NCBI GenBank assembly: GCA_949948825.1
Contig: CATLIJ010000001.1
Span: 1 to 50,773, forward strand
DNA from: an uncultured Clostridiaceae bacterium
GTDB lineage: Bacteria; Bacillota; Clostridia; Lachnospirales; Lachnospiraceae
DNA length: 50,773 bases
Reading direction: 5' to 3'
The notes beneath the pieces were generated by a model that worked only from the letters and a program-made list of their open reading frames with translations, was not told the origin of the DNA and made no database searches. Each line of letters starts with the position of its first letter. Position 1 is the first letter of the stretch. Made by a program: the position numbers and the translations under genes. Shown here piece after piece: positions 48,290 to 50,773 of the stretch.

Positions 48290-49186
48290 ATGGCAAAAAC
48301 GGTTGCTATTGAATTTCAGTATTTTGAAGTGTGTTGTTTGAATGATAAAACAAAAACGGAATTTAAGTATGATTTTCAGAAGTGGCTTAATAAAATATTA
48401 GACGAGGCTGATGCGTTAGATAGTCGAATTAAAGAAATTGGCGGAATCAAAGGACGCCTAGAAAAAATTGATATGGTGCTAAATGATGAATTTTATGTTC
48501 TGAATTTTATGAGAATGGAAGAAATAAGTAACACATATATAGTTAGAGAAAATGAAAGGGCCCAACATATTGATTTAGAAGATGATGAATATATAGGAAG
48601 AAGTACTGTTGTTTTATATGACCCCAGGGTAAATGTGGCTATGATACAGAGGAACAGAGGTGGGTATGGCGTTTCGGCAATTGAAAGCTATGTTAATTCG
48701 TTTAACAGTTCGGATGATTTATGCTATTTTCGGCCAATAAATGATGAGTTTAAAGATAGCGGTCGAGACGGGGCATTTTTAAAATTGGATGTGAGGTTTG
48801 CAAATATCCGAAATTTTAAGGCATATAAATCAAAAGCGTTTGAGAAAGTTATTGATGCATGTAACGATCTTGAGTGCCTAACTGCTCATTTAGAAATAGG
48901 TTTGGGGCGAGCTAAAGGAGAAGAATTGAATGCTGAAACAATACAGGAAGCTATTTTAGATATTAGGGATCCAAGAAATCGGGAAAATATAAGTACAGCT
49001 AAAATAAAATATACGGATGACCAGAAAGCGGAAATTTTTGATTTGTTTGATAATTTGGTTCATGATATAATATATTTCACAGTTCCGTCAAGGGGGGAAT
49101 TAGCTTTTACAGATATGGCAGAAAGAATGGCAAAACAGTATGATGAACAGAGTAGAGCAAAAATTTTGAATATTTTAAGGGAGTGA
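48290..49186 (+). CDS. AT-rich moron gene A, soluble hypothetical protein (DUF6731-like)
   Basis: 298 aa; IDL.DDEYIG.STVVLYD...MIQRNRGG.GVSAIESY; family name from memory only. Confidence 0.75.
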   Translation: MAKTVAIEFQYFEVCCLNDKTKTEFKYDFQKWLNKILDEADALDSRIKEIGGIKGRLEKIDMVLNDEFYVLNFMRMEEISNTYIVRENERAQHIDLEDDEYIGRSTVVLYDPRVNVAMIQRNRGGYGVSAIESYVNSFNSSDDLCYFRPINDEFKDSGRDGAFLKLDVRFANIRNFKAYKSKAFEKVIDACNDLECLTAHLEIGLGRAKGEELNAETIQEAILDIRDPRNRENISTAKIKYTDDQKAEIFDLFDNLVHDIIYFTVPSRGELAFTDMAERMAKQYDEQSRAKILNILRE

Positions 49187-49192
49187 TCCAAG

Positions 49193-49762
49193 TTGAAGGA
49201 AAGAAGAAAGTTTATTGATATTTGGAGGGAATGCTACTCTTTAGTGATACCTACTGGAGCTTGTTTTTTATATATGACTGTTTATTACCTTACACAGACA
49301 AAAATACTTAATTTTAAATATATTACGGATAGCCAGAATTTTTCTGCAATGTTAGAATCGACAATTAACTTTGTTTCTATTATTATAGGTATTTTCGGGT
49401 TTTTGTTGCCAATATTGATAACATCAAAGAATGAATTTGCGTTAATAAAGTATTTTACTTCAAATATTGATAAAAAAGCGTTTTCGTTTAATCTACGAAT
49501 GATAATTGTTAGCGGATTGTCAACAATTTTTGTATCGTGTATGTTATTTTTCTTTGATATTTTTAGCGAATGGTTTAAGCAGATAATGATTTTATTATGG
49601 ATTTGGATGCTGTTTTATTTTATGCTTAGTTCTTATAGATTTGTTAGTATTTTTATACGTTTGTTTTTGGAGGAAAAAATTGAACCCCAAAAGGAGGTGG
49701 CGTCTCCATTGGATGCCACAAAGGTAAAAAATCTGAAGGATAAAATAAAAAAAGGAACATAG
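49193..49762 (+). CDS. AT-rich moron gene B, four-TM membrane protein
   Basis: TTG start after GGGAG; four hydrophobic segments; 6 bp downstream of gene A. Confidence 0.8.
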   Translation: MKERRKFIDIWRECYSLVIPTGACFLYMTVYYLTQTKILNFKYITDSQNFSAMLESTINFVSIIIGIFGFLLPILITSKNEFALIKYFTSNIDKKAFSFNLRMIIVSGLSTIFVSCMLFFFDIFSEWFKQIMILLWIWMLFYFMLSSYRFVSIFIRLFLEEKIEPQKEVASPLDATKVKNLKDKIKKGT

Positions 49763-49824
49763 TGTAGTGTTAATTCAATTCTTTTTTCTCTCATAAAAAA
49801 CCGACCAACAGGGGGTGAGTAAGC

Positions 49825-50604
49825 ATGGCCAGGGCGCCGGACCCGAGAATAGACCAGGCAAGGGAAATGTATCTTGCTGGTGAAAAATTAATTAATATTG
49901 CGAAGCAGCTTGATTTGCCAGAGGGTACGGTCCGCCGCTGGAAATGCACGCACAAATGGGGCGAACGCTCGAATGCAAAAAGCGAGCGTTCGCAAAAGGG
50001 AACGAAAGTGAAGCGGAAACGTGGTGCGCAGCCAGGAAACAAAAACAGTTCTGGCGGGCCGCCAGGAAATAAGAAAGCAGTTAAGACGGGAGAGTTCGAG
50101 ACTCTCCTTTTTGATTGTCTGGATGAAGAGGAAAAGAGGTTGATTGAAAGCACTCCAAAGGATAAGCAGCGCCTTCTCTTGCAGGAGATCGGATTTTCCT
50201 CTGTCCGGGAGCGTCGTATGCTGAAACGGATTGAGGCTATAAAGCAGTCCGAAGGGTACATGGGGGAAGAAGGGCTGACCCTGGTAAGCATTGAGACGGG
50301 AGAGGAGGGGACGAAAAAGAAATATGAAGGGAAGCTGGGACAAATCCAGGCGATTGAAGAGGCCATAACCCGTGTACAGGCCAGAAAGCAGCGTGCCATA
50401 GAATTTTTGCATAAATTTGGATTTGACGACGAACAGATCCGTCTGGAGACCCGGCGCCTGGAGATGGCGGTCAGAGCCAACGGTGAGGTTGGGGAAGAAG
50501 AGGAACAGGATGACGGCTTCCTGGATGCCTTAAAAGGTTCCGTAGATGCAGATTGGGAGGGATGGGAAGATGGCGTTAAGGATGAAAAGGCGTCCGATAT
50601 TTAA
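49825..50604 (+). CDS. Phage terminase small subunit
   Basis: N-terminal HTH (IAKQLDLPEGTVRRWK..HKW), GAQPGNKN / PGNKKAVKTG, DDGFLDAL tail. Confidence 0.9.
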   Translation: MARAPDPRIDQAREMYLAGEKLINIAKQLDLPEGTVRRWKCTHKWGERSNAKSERSQKGTKVKRKRGAQPGNKNSSGGPPGNKKAVKTGEFETLLFDCLDEEEKRLIESTPKDKQRLLLQEIGFSSVRERRMLKRIEAIKQSEGYMGEEGLTLVSIETGEEGTKKKYEGKLGQIQAIEEAITRVQARKQRAIEFLHKFGFDDEQIRLETRRLEMAVRANGEVGEEEEQDDGFLDALKGSVDADWEGWEDGVKDEKASDI

Positions 50605-50773
50605 GTTTAAGCCATTTTCCAGGAAACAGCGGCAGGTCCTGAACTGGTGGATGGACGGAAGTCCGGTAAAAGACTATGAGGGGATTATTGCAGACGGTGC
50701 AATCCGTTCGGGCAAGACAGTGTCCATGTCCCTTAGTTTTGTGTTTTGGGCTATGGATTCGTTTGATTGGCAA
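50570..50773 (+). CDS. PBSX-family terminase large subunit, partial
   Basis: FKFKPFSRKQ..VLNWW...IIADGAIRSGKT Walker A; runs off the window. Confidence 0.9.
   Translation, partial: MALRMKRRPIFKFKPFSRKQRQVLNWWMDGSPVKDYEGIIADGAIRSGKTVSMSLSFVFWAMDSFDWQ

Larger units (their letters stand above)
39455..50773. mobile_element. Degenerate prophage integrated at the tRNA-Gly 3' end; continues beyond the window
   Basis: Integrase next to the tRNA, lysogeny module, CI/Cro, late activator, terminase genes; att core not confirmable without attR. Confidence 0.88.

Noticed and set aside
48290-49762. Naming the moron as Kiwa or another known defence system
   Set aside because: Gene order differs from kwaAB and homology cannot be verified without a profile search.
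772-50480. Numerous antisense or nested ORFs (e.g. 19497-20144, 23141-23821, 32827-33594, 37102-37932, 49791-50480)
   Set aside because: Shadow frames of well-supported genes on the opposite strand.
1-50773. CRISPR array, cas genes, retron/DGR reverse transcriptase, rRNA
   Set aside because: No regularly spaced repeat-spacer array, RT motifs or rRNA-like sequence seen.

Overview
Low-GC Firmicute chromosome segment, Lachnospiraceae-like by gene content and order. It has three zones. (1) 1-~666: right end of a mobile element (C-terminal tail of a large serine recombinase, an unknown ORF, a PIN stub) that abuts a 5'-truncated cwlD-type spore amidase exactly at its conserved D-P-G-H-G-G motif. 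This looks like a gene-interrupting element. (2) ~667-39480: core housekeeping and sporulation backbone (mtnN, yyaC, tkt, glucokinase, CBS-PPase, apgM, murC, dnaD and a DnaC-like ATPase, prs, lepB, mazG-hup-yabO-yabP-yabQ-divIC-spoIIE-like-tilS-hpt-ftsH, a GH13 gene, tRNA-Gly). It also holds a DnaA-box cluster with a Spo0A box, a candidate C-rich small RNA after ftsH, and two inverted copies of a ~150-bp palindromic repeat. (3) ~39480-end: a degenerate prophage at tRNA-Gly(CCC) with an internally deleted integrase, Uma2/TA/ImmA cargo, an intact CI/Cro switch, an IS110 element with a ~510-bp 3' non-coding region, no recognisable replication module, a RinA/ArpU-type late activator followed by a hairpin array, a LexA-boxed AT-rich two-gene moron (candidate anti-phage system), and the start of the terminase genes. 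All calls come from motif recognition by eye; no database searches were run.
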